Below are positions 50,410 through 63,200 of a stretch of 64,000 nt of DNA, piece after piece (positions within the stretch are counted from its first letter, which is position 1; each line of letters begins with the position of its first letter). The stretch lies in NCBI GenBank assembly GCA_002269645.1, contig NIVC01001502.1:131827-195826 (forward strand), in the 5' to 3' direction. The DNA comes from Macrostomum lignano. Its lineage: Eukaryota. A program made the translations under genes and the position numbers. A model generated the notes under the pieces. That model was not told the DNA's origin, did not search any database, and saw only the letters and a program-made list of their open reading frames with translations.

Positions 50410-51105
50410 TGCTTAGCAACTGACGCTCGGGTTTGCCTCAGAGAAGGCAAGGGTCTTGCATTGGCGCACGTGATTTTCCCCCATAAACACGAGCCAAGCG
50501 TCACGGACCCCCTGGCCGCCGCCCGGGAAACGCCGTTGTTCATATCGCGGCCCCATCAGCAGCTCCACCGGCGCTCGGCCCGTTGTTGCGTTGGGCGCCG
50601 TCTGGTAAGCCAGCATCCACTCGTCAGAGCGATCGCGCTAGTCTTTGTTTTCGGCGATATGGCAGCGCGAATGGCCTTGTTGATCGATCTGTTCAGGCGC
50701 TCGGTCAAGCCTTTGGCAGCCGGGTATAGCGGAGTGATGGCAGGAAGTCCTTAAACTGTCCAGACGAGAACGGAGGTCCATTATCCGTAATGATCTCCTC
50801 CGGGATGCCAAACCTGCAGAACGACTCGCGCAGCCGTGGGACAATGGCGTCTGCTGTTGTGGACCGCAAGACTATTGAACCTCCGGGTACCGGGAGTAGT
50901 GGTCTACGCAGACGAGCAGCATTTTTTTCTGAAGCGGGCCCAGCTGGTCGGCGCCGATCGACAGCCAGGCGCGTTTGGGTATTTTGGATGGTGCAAGGGC
51001 GTCGCGCTGACTGTTGGGTTGTGGGATGACTCGATGCAGCTCCGGCATCGGCGCTCATTTTTGGCCACCAGACCTTGCTGTTCCTGAGCATCCTGAGCAT
51101 CAAAG
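50410..51105 (-). mobile_element. Decayed Ty3/Gypsy LTR-retrotransposon integrase fragment (frameshifted)
   Basis: Motifs across frames: RNSKVWWPKMSAD (HHCC region), STTADAIVPRLRESFCRFGIPEEIITDNGPPFSSGQFKDF (second catalytic D), PAAKGLTERLNRSI (catalytic E), LAYQTAPNATTGRAPVELLMG. No LTRs seen. Confidence 0.85.
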
Positions 51106-52238
51106 TTGATTTGTTTATTCATTGTTTTAAAATTAATTTTTGACTTTAAAACTTGCTTGCTAAAATGATTTGTTTGAATATTTAAATTTAGAATTTAACC
51201 TTCTGTTATTAAAATTACGTAACACGCATGTAGACATACATATACGCCTGAACAAGCGCAATTCGATAAAAGTAAAGAAAATGAGAGCAAAAACTAGTCT
51301 GCTCTCTGGTGGATGATTGCGCTCTACGAGTATATCGCGATAGCGAAATTAAACAGTATGCACATGAAAAATCATGCACACATGGATCCAAGTTTATATG
51401 TACGTGTTTTTACATGTCAAGATACTAAATCATGAAAGAAAATATCATATATAAGATGCCACACAGGAATCAGTTTACATGATGCAGTAATTAGTTTAAG
51501 TTGACAGACTCTATCTATTTTTCATGCTCTGCACCTATGCGTGGGATTTTAAGAATTTGAGGAAAATAATAGATAATTGGATAAAATTAAACAGCTAGTT
51601 TAATAATTAGATTAATAATCTATTACAAATGAACAGCAGGATTAAAAGTGCATTCACTAAACAGTAAATTATTGGGATACTAATGCATGAAAATGTACTT
51701 TCAAATTGTTTACAACTATAGGTGGGCTTTACGACAGGATGCAGGATCAAGAAGAGTCCGATGTGAGGGTATCATACCAGGAGAGTACAACGCAAGGAAT
51801 TTAGGAGGGTGTAAGAAAATCAATGCATACCATATAGCGTATCGTAAACCTTTAAATATACTGTTGGTACGAGCTAATTGTGCAAAACTATGCTTTAACG
51901 AGAAGAGAAGAAGTCGGATGTCACCGATAGAAAAAAATTGTGACATTTTTTAGCTATACAGCAACAGTTCTGCACGAATGCATGTAAACGGAACAGTTAA
52001 AGTACGCCGTAATATAATAACCATATGGCGTGTAGTAGCAAGAATCATGGTCAATGTAAGCAAAAGGGTTGCAAAAAAGCTACATGTAGCTAAATAAAGC
52101 CTGTATTTAGCCTCCATACATGCCACTCGATACATGTAGCGAGTTAATGTTGTCACTCTGTAGCCACATGCAGCTAAAGCAAACTACTAGCAAATTAATC
52201 GTACAACAAGTCTCAGTTTATCCCGTCCAAAAAACGGA

Positions 52239-54029
52239 TCAGTTGGAGTGCAAATGTATGGTCGGATTCGATCCGTACAGCGTCAAAATCTGGCTGGCAC
52301 GACGACCAGTGAGCGCCTCGTTCGAAGCGCTGATCGACTGTCGCCTATCAGCGTCTCCAGATTCGTCGCTATCTTCCGATGCGGCCGGTTGGTCGTCGTC
52401 CTCGTCGCTGGTGTAGCCGATCTTGCCGCACAGGTAGGCCATGATGAGCGCCGAAGCCTCCAGCAGTTCGAAGCCGGTCAGGACGGAGAAGCCCAGAAAT
52501 AATCCCAGAGTGCCACCGATGTCCGACAAGTAGTTATCGATAGCGTAGGCCTGCTTCTCAATGATGTGCTCGGCCATCACACCGTCAACGTACACGACCA
52601 GATTGAGCAGGTTCCTTCGAGCAGCAAGCTTGGTCTGGTTTTTCAGATCGGCTACTTTCGGCTTGACGTCGACCAGGTCCCCAAACAGGCGCATCTCGTA
52701 ACTGTCGGTTGGCCACTCGCTGAGGGACTGCTTGAACGTAAAGTGTGACTCCTCGCACGGCAACTGACAGTCGCACTTGAGGTCACCCTGGTCCGAAGCG
52801 TACACGGTGTTCATCAGGCAGGACAACTGCTCCTCAGTCTGACACGGCTTAAGTCGCGCTTTCAGGTTGCTGTAGTAGACGGCGTTGGCCCTGTCGTAGC
52901 AGCCGCACAGCTTGTGCACGCGATCGTACAGGCAGAGCATGGTGCAAGCGTTATAGGTGTACTTGAAGCCGTGGTTTTGAAGAAAGCCTTCGCCATCGTG
53001 ACAGCTGCCCTTCGGCCGGTTGATGCGGTTGATCATGCGCAGCGACATGCCGATTGAAGTTTGAAAGCCGGGTGGCACCGAGAAGCCGGTAGTCTCTGGA
53101 AAGGCCAGCGAGCCGAACTCGTGAATGTGCACCTTGATACCCGAGCTCGGGATGAAATTCTGCAGGTATTCTTCCAGCTCAAGATAGAGCGTCAAGATGA
53201 GGCCGTGCTCTCGACCATTCTTGCCAATCACTGGCCTACCAGCCATGGCAGACTGCCAACCGTTGAAGGTGAAGCAACTGCCGTAAGTCTTAGTCAAGGA
53301 AACGCTGAAGTGCTTGGTGTTGCACCGCTGGCCGGCAAAGCTGCACTGCAGAATGAGGTCGGACATCTGGTAGCCCATGCGCAAGCGTTGCTCGGGCGTG
53401 TGGTTGCTAATGAGCCTGTGAAAGCGCATCCAATCGACCTGCTGAGTCATCAGTTGAGTTCCGTTATCCACCACCGAGTAGTTTTTTGTTTCTAGGCCGG
53501 CGATGAAGCGCTGCAGGTCCGGCTGGCCAAACAGGCTGACCATCGAGCGGCGGAGCGGGTTGTGGTTGCAGACCGTGACCGACGGGAACTCGAAGGGTTT
53601 GTAGGACAGCTGAATAATGGTGGACTTGGGATCGCTGAAATAAGTCCTGCTGAGGCTGTACAGCTGCCGGATTGTTAAAATCAGACAGACGGTGAATGCG
53701 ATGGCCCAAAGAGTTTTGAACACCGGATGACTGCGCTTAACAATGTTGCTGATGGCGAGTAGGCTGGTGTTGGACAGCAGCGCGTCCAGGAAATCTTTGA
53801 TGTTGTTCTCGTAAAGCGTCTGCTCTTCGCGCGTCCGCCGCTTTGGTCGCAGTTTTTCGCGAATAAGCCGTCCGTTGAACTTGCCAGAATTTGAGTCTTC
53901 GTCGGTGGACTTGGTTGCGCCATAGTCTGGCAACCCGGATGTCCGGGATGAGTCTGCCTTCTCGTCGTCCGAAGACTTTTCCAAGGATGTGACTCGTTTC
54001 TTGGAGCTGTCAGATGACTCTTTAGACAT
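52239..54029 (-). CDS. DEG/ENaC (ASIC/FaNaC-like) sodium channel subunit, 596 aa, intronless
   Basis: TM1 LWAIAFTVCLILTIRQL, post-M1 FPSVTVCNHNP, YGSCFTFN, G++LTLYLE, Cys-rich thumb, and TM2 YLSDIGGTLGLFLGFSVLTGFE. Confidence 0.93.
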   Translation of the reverse strand: MSKESSDSSKKRVTSLEKSSDDEKADSSRTSGLPDYGATKSTDEDSNSGKFNGRLIREKLRPKRRTREEQTLYENNIKDFLDALLSNTSLLAISNIVKRSHPVFKTLWAIAFTVCLILTIRQLYSLSRTYFSDPKSTIIQLSYKPFEFPSVTVCNHNPLRRSMVSLFGQPDLQRFIAGLETKNYSVVDNGTQLMTQQVDWMRFHRLISNHTPEQRLRMGYQMSDLILQCSFAGQRCNTKHFSVSLTKTYGSCFTFNGWQSAMAGRPVIGKNGREHGLILTLYLELEEYLQNFIPSSGIKVHIHEFGSLAFPETTGFSVPPGFQTSIGMSLRMINRINRPKGSCHDGEGFLQNHGFKYTYNACTMLCLYDRVHKLCGCYDRANAVYYSNLKARLKPCQTEEQLSCLMNTVYASDQGDLKCDCQLPCEESHFTFKQSLSEWPTDSYEMRLFGDLVDVKPKVADLKNQTKLAARRNLLNLVVYVDGVMAEHIIEKQAYAIDNYLSDIGGTLGLFLGFSVLTGFELLEASALIMAYLCGKIGYTSDEDDDQPAASEDSDESGDADRRQSISASNEALTGRRASQILTLYGSNPTIHLHSN

Positions 54030-54865
54030 TCTATTGCCTAGAGGCTTGGTAGAGACTGCAGTGGCAACGAGCGAGTTTTTGGATCGTGCTGCTTAAAACT
54101 CCTATCAAACCCGTTGTCAAGCAAAGGAACTTGAAGCTCTCGCCAAACAATCCCGAGATTTGCGTGCCAAAGCACTGCACTGGCTTGAGTCCTACGTGTG
54201 CAGTAGCTAGCCTAATATCGATATTGGAATCCCCATTCCAATCCAACGCCCTTCCTTAAAGTGATCCCCAAATATTCTTCCTGCGCAACCCCTACTCAGC
54301 CACTGCCCATAGCGCTGTTGAGGAAAAAGCGAGACGAAAAAATTTCTGCCGATTTTAGTTAAAAATGCGCGGTAGACCTGCACTGTTGAGGCAAAACTTT
54401 GTTGGAAACCAAAAAGTGTAGGAGAAAGGGAGACTCAAGGTGCTGCGCCAGGTTACGCCTACTCAGTCTCAAGCGTAGCCTACAGCTAGCTACTCAAATT
54501 AAGGAGGGAAAGAGATTCAGGAGATTAGTATTATAGTCAATCGAGAAGCAGTTGATGGCAACAGCTGCGCAGTGTACTGCACGCTCCCTAGCGAACAGCA
54601 GGCCCGGAAGATCGAGGTTTGATCCCTGCAGCATGCCAACTGTGGACAAGGGGAGAACTTCTCTGCAAAATTTGTTGTTCCGACAAGAGTTGGCCCCCCT
54701 AAAAACTGAAGCAGCAGACTCTGCTTTCGGTGAGATACGCATTAAATGGAAACGTAACTTTTCGCCTTTTTAGTACTTGGTTAAGATCAATATTCCAAGC
54801 AGACGAGATTTCTGGGACACAATAAAGCGTGGTTGTACATCAACTTTCATTTCCTTGTACGGCTA

Positions 54866-55460
54866 CCGGACATTTCCCCTCTGGCATTTCCCCTCCGGTG
54901 TTCCCCTCCGGCATTTCCTAACCTAAGTTTGCTCACCAACCTGCGCGGTTTTGCCTATATGCCTATGACTGCGCCCGAATCATCTGTTGAACCAACTGAA
55001 CAACTTCTCTTCCAGTTTGTTCGACAATGCTTTGTTACGTCATTTACGATTGTACGTTATTATGATTTTTACAATTTTTTACAATACACAGCAGCCACAT
55101 TCACAACCATGCAGCCACTTCTATTTCAATTTTTATCGAAACGCCGGAGGGGAAATGCCGGAGGGGCAATCTACTGCCGTCCGGAGGGGGAAATGCAGGA
55201 GGGCCAATCTACTGCCGTCCGGAGGGGAAATGCCGGAGGGACAATCTACTACCGTCCGGAGGGGGAAATGCAGGAGGGCCAATCTACTGCCGTCCGGAGG
55301 GGAAATGCCGTAGGGACAATCTACTGCCGTCCGGGGGGGGGGATGCCGGAGGGACAATCTACTACCGTCCGGAGGGGAAACGCCGGAGGGGAAACGTCGG
55401 AGGGGAAACGCCGGAGGGGAAACGTCGGAGGGGAAACGTCGAAGGGGAAACAACGGATTT
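54866..55460. mobile_element. MITE-like element with inverted subterminal 14 bp repeats
   Basis: Left block (cggcatttcccctcc)n at 54866-54918 is the inverse complement of the right block (ccggaggggaaatg/aacg)n at 55140-55460, around an AT-rich core. Exact TIR/TSD not resolved. Confidence 0.45.
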
Positions 55461-55829
55461 AGGTGTAGAAACTGAATGACAAAAGTGACAACCGTTTAAC
55501 ATACGGCAACTCATGCGTATCGTTTGTCAGATAAATAAATAACAACCATTTTTATATATACATGCTTAACTTTTTACTTGCAGTAGGCTAGTAGAATCGG
55601 GTCCACTAATTTTGATGAGTGAACGCATTTCTCATGGTATTTCACAACGTACAGGGGAGCAAAGAATTATTTAAACTACAATATTATCATTTTATTGCCA
55701 AGCTGTAAAACAGGTGACAATTTATAGCCAGTCTGCTGTGCAAGTAAAACTTGGTTTAAGCTGCGAAACATTGGTAGCATGGTGAATCTCATCAATGAAG
55801 TTTGCATTGAGATTATCAATATGGCATGA

Positions 55830-56310
55830 ATGGTAAATGGCGTGAATTATTAATGGCGCAAAAATGTGAATGGCGAGAGTTGTGAATAGTATACGCTTTG
55901 AATGTTGTGAATGGTTAATTGAATGAATCGTGAAGTGTGAATAGTGAATGGAGGTGAATGATGACGGAGGGTATTAACTGTGAATGGTGTTAAAGAGGAA
56001 GGGCGTGAACTGTGAATGGCGTGTATTTTGAATGGCATGAATTGTGAATGGTATCAATTGTGAATGGTATCAGTTGTGAATGGTATCAGTTGTGAATGGT
56101 ATCAATTGTGAATGGTATCAATTGTGAATGGTATCAAATGTGAATGGTATCAGTTGTGAATGGTATTAGTTGTGAATGGTATCAATTGTGAATGGTATCA
56201 GTTGTGAATGGTATCAGTTGTGAATGGTATCAGTTGTGAATGGTATCAGTTGTGAATGGTATCAATTGTGAATGGTATTAGTTGTGAATGGTATCAGTTG
56301 TGAATGGTGT
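55830..56310. repeat. Minisatellite, 16 bp unit gttgtgaatggtatca
   Basis: Clean from 56030, degenerate upstream. Confidence 0.92.
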
Positions 56311-56709
56311 GTCATGTGCTAATGAGACGAATAGTAAATAAAGTAAAAATAATTACCAATATTTAATAAAGAACTCTAATTAAAAAAAAAGAAACATTTT
56401 TAAGATTAATTTTATTTTCTAAGGTTTTTGTAGACGCACTGTTTGTATCAGGGAATGAAGGCCACAGAATTTAGAATTTTGAGCACTTTTTACCACCATT
56501 ACGTCGTGAGTAAGTAAACCAAAGGATTTTCAGCTCTCATTAAGAAAGAGTCAGGCGCTTTACGCTCGTATTTACAAAACTATAAACTGGCTGAAAAATA
56601 GATGAATAAAGCAAAAAACAGGATACAAATAACTAAATGGCTGCTAGTATTATTTGAGTACCTGATGTGAATTATTGTGTGATCTGATATGACAATATAA
56701 CTGTCAGAT

Positions 56710-57090
56710 GATCAGAGTTCACATTCTATGGTCACATTCTATGGTCACATTCTATGGTCACAGTCTATGGTCACAGTCTATGGTCAGTCTATGGTCACAG
56801 TCAGTCTGGTCTCAGTCTGGTCTCAGTCTGCGATCACAGTCTGGTCCCAGTCTATGGTCACAGTCTATGGTCAGTCTATGGTCAGTCTATGGTCACAGTC
56901 AGTCTTTGGTCTCAGTCTAGTCTCAGTCTGTGGTCACAGTCTGCGATCACAGTCAATGGTCACAGTCTATGGTCAGTCTATGGGCACAGCCTGCGATCAG
57001 TCTATGGTCACAGTCCGGTCAGTCTTAGATCACAGTCCATAATCAGTCTATGGTCACAGTCTACAGCCACAGCAGCTTAGGGTCACAATC
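56710..57090. repeat. Minisatellite, 11-13 bp unit tctatggtcacag
   Basis: Degenerate tandem copies. Confidence 0.88.
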
Positions 57091-57234
57091 ACAGTAATCG
57101 AAAGTCAATATGTTTTTAGGCTTTTTTTCATTTAATGACGGACGAGTGTCCACGAAGTCCGTAATTAATAGTCACAGACTATTGTGATTGTACAAGTAGA
57201 GCCAATGCTAATGCCTGCACTGTCCAGCATTGAG

Positions 57235-60200
57235 TCACATGTCCGTCTCGCTGTCCTCGGAGTCCACCGCGTAAGATGGTCGCAGTCGGTTTAGCCGATT
57301 CGGGAAAATGATTGTCTCGCGCCTCTGCCTGAGGAATGGATCCTGCATTCCATTGGCGTGTTTTTTAATGTTAGATTTCAGATGGCACTGACTGGACAGC
57401 CAGAGAGAGACGGCAGACGGAACAGACTGACAGAGAGCTGATAGAAGCCAAGGCATTCACGCAAATAGACATCCTTACAGGCAGACACACGGACACTAAG
57501 ACAACCTTACAGGCAGACATGCATACACTATAAGACATCCTTACAGACGGACATTCAGACACTAAGACACTCTTACATGCAGACATGAGGACACTAAGAT
57601 ATCCATACAGACAGACATGTGGGAACTAAGACATCCTTACAGACAGACATTCAGACACCAAGGCATCCTTACAGGCAGACATACAGACACTAAGACACCC
57701 TCACATGCAGACATGCGGACACTATAAGACATCCTTACAGACAGACATGCGGACACTAAGACATCCTTACAGAGACATACAGACACTAAGACACCCTCAC
57801 ATGCAGACATTCAGACACTAAAGCATCCTTACAGGCAGACATGTGGACACTAAGGCATCCTTACAGGCAGACATGTGGACACTAAGACATCCAAAACAGA
57901 GACTCACATCGGATTTGACATCCTCCGGCACAGCCAGCCGTCGAAGCGGCTGTCCGTCCTTGCCGTCGCACACGTGTTGGTGATGATGGTGATGCCAGTC
58001 GCCGGACTCAGTCACGTTGTCCAAGTCGAACTGGTCAGTGCCGCCAGACTGCACGTTCAAATCGAAGCTGTTGTAGAGGAAGGGCAGGCGGTTGTGCAGA
58101 CTCTTGGCCAGCGCTTTGATTCTCAATTTGCGCTTCTCGCTAGCCAGCAGGCGACGGCTGAGCTCCCGGCCGCTCACCAGACCAAGGAGGGTGGCGGTCA
58201 CAACCTGTGGGTTCGGTTTCGAGTCCATTGGTCTTGCTGTAACTGTAACATTCGAGACCAACAAGGGTAAGGTAGGGGTGTGGAGAACCGGTCAGTGGTA
58301 AAGTTCCAGCAGTTCCTTAAGGGTTACATGCCTGATGATGGAAAGTAAGGCTCATTTTACACCCTGTCAACCCCCAAGGCACAGTGAAGGAACGGCTAGG
58401 GCCGCTGTACATCTTCACTCCTGTGAAGATGTGTGCCTGTGCGTATGACTGCGTACGGATCCGCGCGGTTGTGTGCATGCTCAGGGGAGTCGGCGGAATG
58501 GGCAGTAATGCCTCTCGCCGGTTGCGACGTGCGCCTACGAGCGTATGTATTCAAATTCATGCACTTTCCATGGGTCAGCAATACGTTGGTCATCTTGATT
58601 TGACAGCCCTCTGCAAAGTTACTAGCTGGCGAAGGTTGCAGTTTCGGCCCTAAATTCGAACCAGAAACTATTGAAGCAGTTTAGGGGTAGCAAAATGTAC
58701 CCTCGTAAAAAACCTTGATTTCGCATTAACCATTGAACGAGCCGTGGATAAATCTCTTTGGCCGATCACGGTCAACACAGTTTGTGATTGGTTTCATGGA
58801 AGGAGTTTAAACCGGGTATCATATGTTGTCGCCAAGGACACTTACGAGCCAACAGTGGTTAAAGCAGAGCGTGGATGGTTGAATGCTAAAATCTTACGGA
58901 AGCAACTGTACCGAAAGCCCTTCTCTGAACCTAAAAGATCCTTCATAACATTGGGGACTGCCAATGCAAGTCAAGCTGCCTCCTCGTATTTAGCTCACGT
59001 GCTTTCCAATCGAGTCCAGTCGAACGCTGCGAATTTCCAGCTTCTCCTCGTCCTCGAAGTCGCCTTGCTCCATGGTGGATCCGGCGGCTGCCAGCTGCTG
59101 CAGCTGGCGACGCTTCTTCAGCTTTCGTTTGCACACGGTGCTCCACCGCATCATTGAGTCTGAATTTGTTATCGAAGCCGAATAGAAAAATGCTGATATA
59201 TAAAGGGTGACGCAAAAACGGATGAAAATTGAACGGTCTCTAATCCATTAGCAGGCTGGCTAAAAAGTCTGACTCACACGTCATGTCAATGAAACCGACG
59301 CAGTTCGTCCAAGTCTTCACCTCCGCGTCCGCATTGATCTGCTGCACGTCGCCAACAATGAGACCGATGAACAGATTCATGAGCACTATCGGCATGGTCA
59401 CCACGAAGAAGAAGTACACGAACCGAGTCAGAACATCGTCATAAACCTGCAGACGGGTGTTGGGAGATCATTGGAATAATGGTAGGTCAGTTTGGGATGA
59501 ATGGATATGATGCGAAGCTCTTAATTAATTGGTCGGTAACAATTGTACTTGCGCTCTGAAAGCATTGCAATTGGGAGCCGGGAGCCACTAGGCAGACACC
59601 TAACTATACGAGCGTACATTTAGAGCTCTCAGACCAGTCAGTTCTAATTAATTTCAGGTAAGAGAGCTCCGCAGCTCAAGTGGTCTAATGCGACGGCAGG
59701 CAATGTGCTATGCAATTATGGCCAAAGTTAATCGCGTAATGACATTATGGCGTTGAAATTACAGTCACAAAACTTTTAGAATACCTTAGCAGAAAAAGCC
59801 AGAGCTATTTAATTACAAAATAGTGGTCTAAAGAGACTATACTCACCAGCTTCTGATCCTTCAAATCGAGCTTTCCATCGTCCCTGTTGTAGATTGCACT
59901 GAAAATGTCATTGTAATCCAATCCACCCGTCATCATGTCGAAAACTTTGAAAAACGACACCCAGTAATTTCTGAAGTTGTAATGATTGTAGAGCAGCATG
60001 TGGAAGACTTGAACGAAGGCCATGATGAAGCTAAGAAAAGAGATGAGCACGCCCATGCCAGTCTTCACGGACGTGTAGAACATCATGACGTAAGTGCTGA
60101 ACACTTGGAAGCGGGAAAGGTAGAAGAACATCATGCTCCAGGCTAGAAAGGCGGCAACAACTGACACATTCCATTGCCAGTTCTCTCTGAAGCCACTGGA

Positions 60201-63200
60201 CCAGGGGCATTCGGACACGTTGATGCACGAGAGCAAGATCAGGGTGTACATGGTAAGCTCAATTAGATTCTGGAACCAGCCCTTGAAGTACTGTCGGGTA
60301 CTAGTGACAGCTTGGTAGATCTCTTTGAGTATGCAAGCCGCTGTGATGGCCAGCAGCACGTACTGGGCGGGCGTGATCCAGAACCAGCCGCGGTCCCAGT
60401 CGTACACGGGGCAGCGATTGAACCGTGGCTCGCTGCCGTTCAGGCAATGGGCAGAGTCCAACAGGCGGCCGTTGCACACTTCGCAGCTGGAGTTGAAAGA
60501 CCTGCAGTCGGCGGAGTGGTGAACGAAGAAGCCGATTTCGGGGCACTTGGCGTAGGGACAGTTGAAGTAGCCCGTGACCCGGTAGGACTCCGGGGTGCGC
60601 ATCAGATGAAAGCCGGAATAGTAGCTCGCCTCCGACCTGGGGTTGTTGGTGACCCAGGTCAGGTGGCCGACCAGCAGAGCCAGGTAGGCCAGGTGGAACA
60701 AGTTCATAAACACGGCGACAAAGAAGGAGCCGACGTAGAAGCGCTCGAGGTACTGAGTAACCATCGGGTGACTTTTCAGCGTAGCGTTTCCGGCCATGAC
60801 GCGCATAAGGCGGGAGTTCATCCTATCCGGTTCACCGTCGGGCTGGCGGAAAATGCCCTGCTCCATGCGCACGGCTTCAACTATCAGCTTTGGTTTCTTC
60901 TTTTTTTCAGCGGCCTTGCTTTTCTTCTTCGAAGCGACTCCTTCAGTCGGCTGGTCTTCGGCCGTCTCGACGTCCACCGCCTGCGTGATGATGTCGCAGG
61001 TCAGGAAGTAGTCGTACACCAGCACTAGAATCGAAAGTGCATCGTCGTCGTCGATTGCTAATTTGAGCAGGCCGATGTGATGCCGTTGGACATACTCATG
61101 CCAGTACCGCTGGATCACTGAATCCCTGGGATCGTGTCTGTTCTCATGTGCCTTGTTCTCAAATGCCAGGTTGTCGCGGGTACCATGACTGTGACCGCCT
61201 CCGTGCCCGTTTGGGGGCGCTAAATGTTCCGCATTGTCCAGGCTGTCGTGGTGATGGCCGTGGCTTTCGCATGGCGTCTTTGAATTGAGCATCTCCAAGA
61301 GCTCTGGGAACTTTTGAATGCTCTCCAAGATGGTTGATGAACTGACATTCATCAGAACTGCAGGAAACCGTCGCATCAGGTCCAGCACCAGAATTGATAC
61401 GCCAAAAGACAGAGCCAGTGACAGCGCACTGATGCTCACATCTCGGTCATCGACGTCCTTGAGCGTGAAGCTGTGACCAGGATCGATGCCCTCGCTGAGC
61501 AGAAAGTTGAAGACTTCCATGAACTGGCGGACTCGTTCCTCTTCCAGGGTGCCGTCCGCCTCCATCTCCTTGAGACCCGCGCCGCAGATCTCCACGAAAG
61601 CCATTAGCAAGGTGTAGCGACCCATCACCTGGCATTTCATGTTGAAACCCTTGCCTTTCAGCGTCTTCAGCGCCACCAGCAGCATCTTGTAGCGCTGATT
61701 AAAAGTCCGCATCAGCACTACGGCCAAGTTGCAGCACTTCTTGTCGCGAATGTTCAACCGAAAACTGTCCGGCATCTTGCGCAGCAGGCTGAGCGACAGC
61801 CAGCCGGGACAGCTGGGCTCGAAGGCTGCGAATATTGACACCTTGCCGTCCACCACGGCGTTCAAATCGAACTGGGCCGCCTCAATTACATCCAGATACT
61901 CCGGCAGCAGGCGCGACAGCTTCTCTTTGGGCAGCAGAGACTCGTTAAAGTCGGTCTCCCTGAACAGGAAGTGGATCATCCAGTGGAACAGGCTGTCCTT
62001 GTAGCGCTGCCGACGAATCGAATCGGAGCTGGTCGAGGCGGCGAAGCTGCTGAGCGACTCCAAAACGAGGCCCAGGCTGGTGGGACTCAGGGAGGCCCTC
62101 TGGTTGGCGTCGTCAACTACGGGCGACAGTTTCAGCTCCCAGCGCACGCCCTGGATCAGCGCCATGGACAGCTGAGAGGGAAAAGTGATGGGAAAGTATG
62201 AGTCATCAACCAGAAATTGCCGAGTCTTAGTAGTAGCAGGGATTTAATGCTATGCTGCTGATTCTCCGTTATACAACCCATAGGCTCAGGTAGCAGCACT
62301 ACAAGCCAGGTATTAATAATTCATCCAACAGACGCAGTACACAAGCTTATTGTTCTAATGGTTAATTATTAAGTTAGAGGGCAGCGCATCTACACGGGGT
62401 CCATGCACAGAAAGTTGGTCGCATGTGAAACCCTTTTTTACTATGGTCATGCAGGCCGAAATTGATCGTATTATCATAGAAAGGAGCTGATAAACACTAA
62501 TTTAAACAAAACAGAATGTGCTTTGTTGTCGTTTGAAGACGTCTCGGATTAACTAAAAAGTTTTCTACCTTTTTTGATTATAATAAAAATGCTACTAACT
62601 TGAGCAAGGAAGGATTCATGCTCGCTCTTTGTACTGTGTATACAGTTGATCTCAACCTCAAACAGCTACTCGTTCCCGACCATATAATCGTTACCTAGAG
62701 ACGTTAGTCTGTCATAAAGAAAGAAAAGTCCTTTTCGACCGCAGTACAATAATGACGTGCCCACTGTGGAAGAGCTCGAGTGCTACAGTTGGCAATTCCG
62801 CATTGGCCCCAGTGCGGATCAAGGACTTCACTTGAAAGAATTTGTCACTCAAACCCAACCCCACCCTGATCCCAAACTGCTCTGCACTGTACAGTAAAGC
62901 TGCTTAACTGACACAACGAAAATTATAATTGTCAACCTCCAATTTCTTTTTGAAATGAAAAGTACGCTTTTTACACTTCAATCATCAGGCAGTCAATACT
63001 TTCAATCAATTACTCTACTTTTTATGCATCAGTTATACCCCGCACCTGTCATTCCCCACCTGCAATATGCTTTCTCACCTGTTGCACGCTGGGAAAGATG
63101 CTGGAGATGCTCACGTGCCTGGAAAAGTGCTTGAGTAGAGTTCTCACAGTCGCTGGGGGGATTTGCGGATTGCGCAGCATCTGAACCACAACGTTCATCT

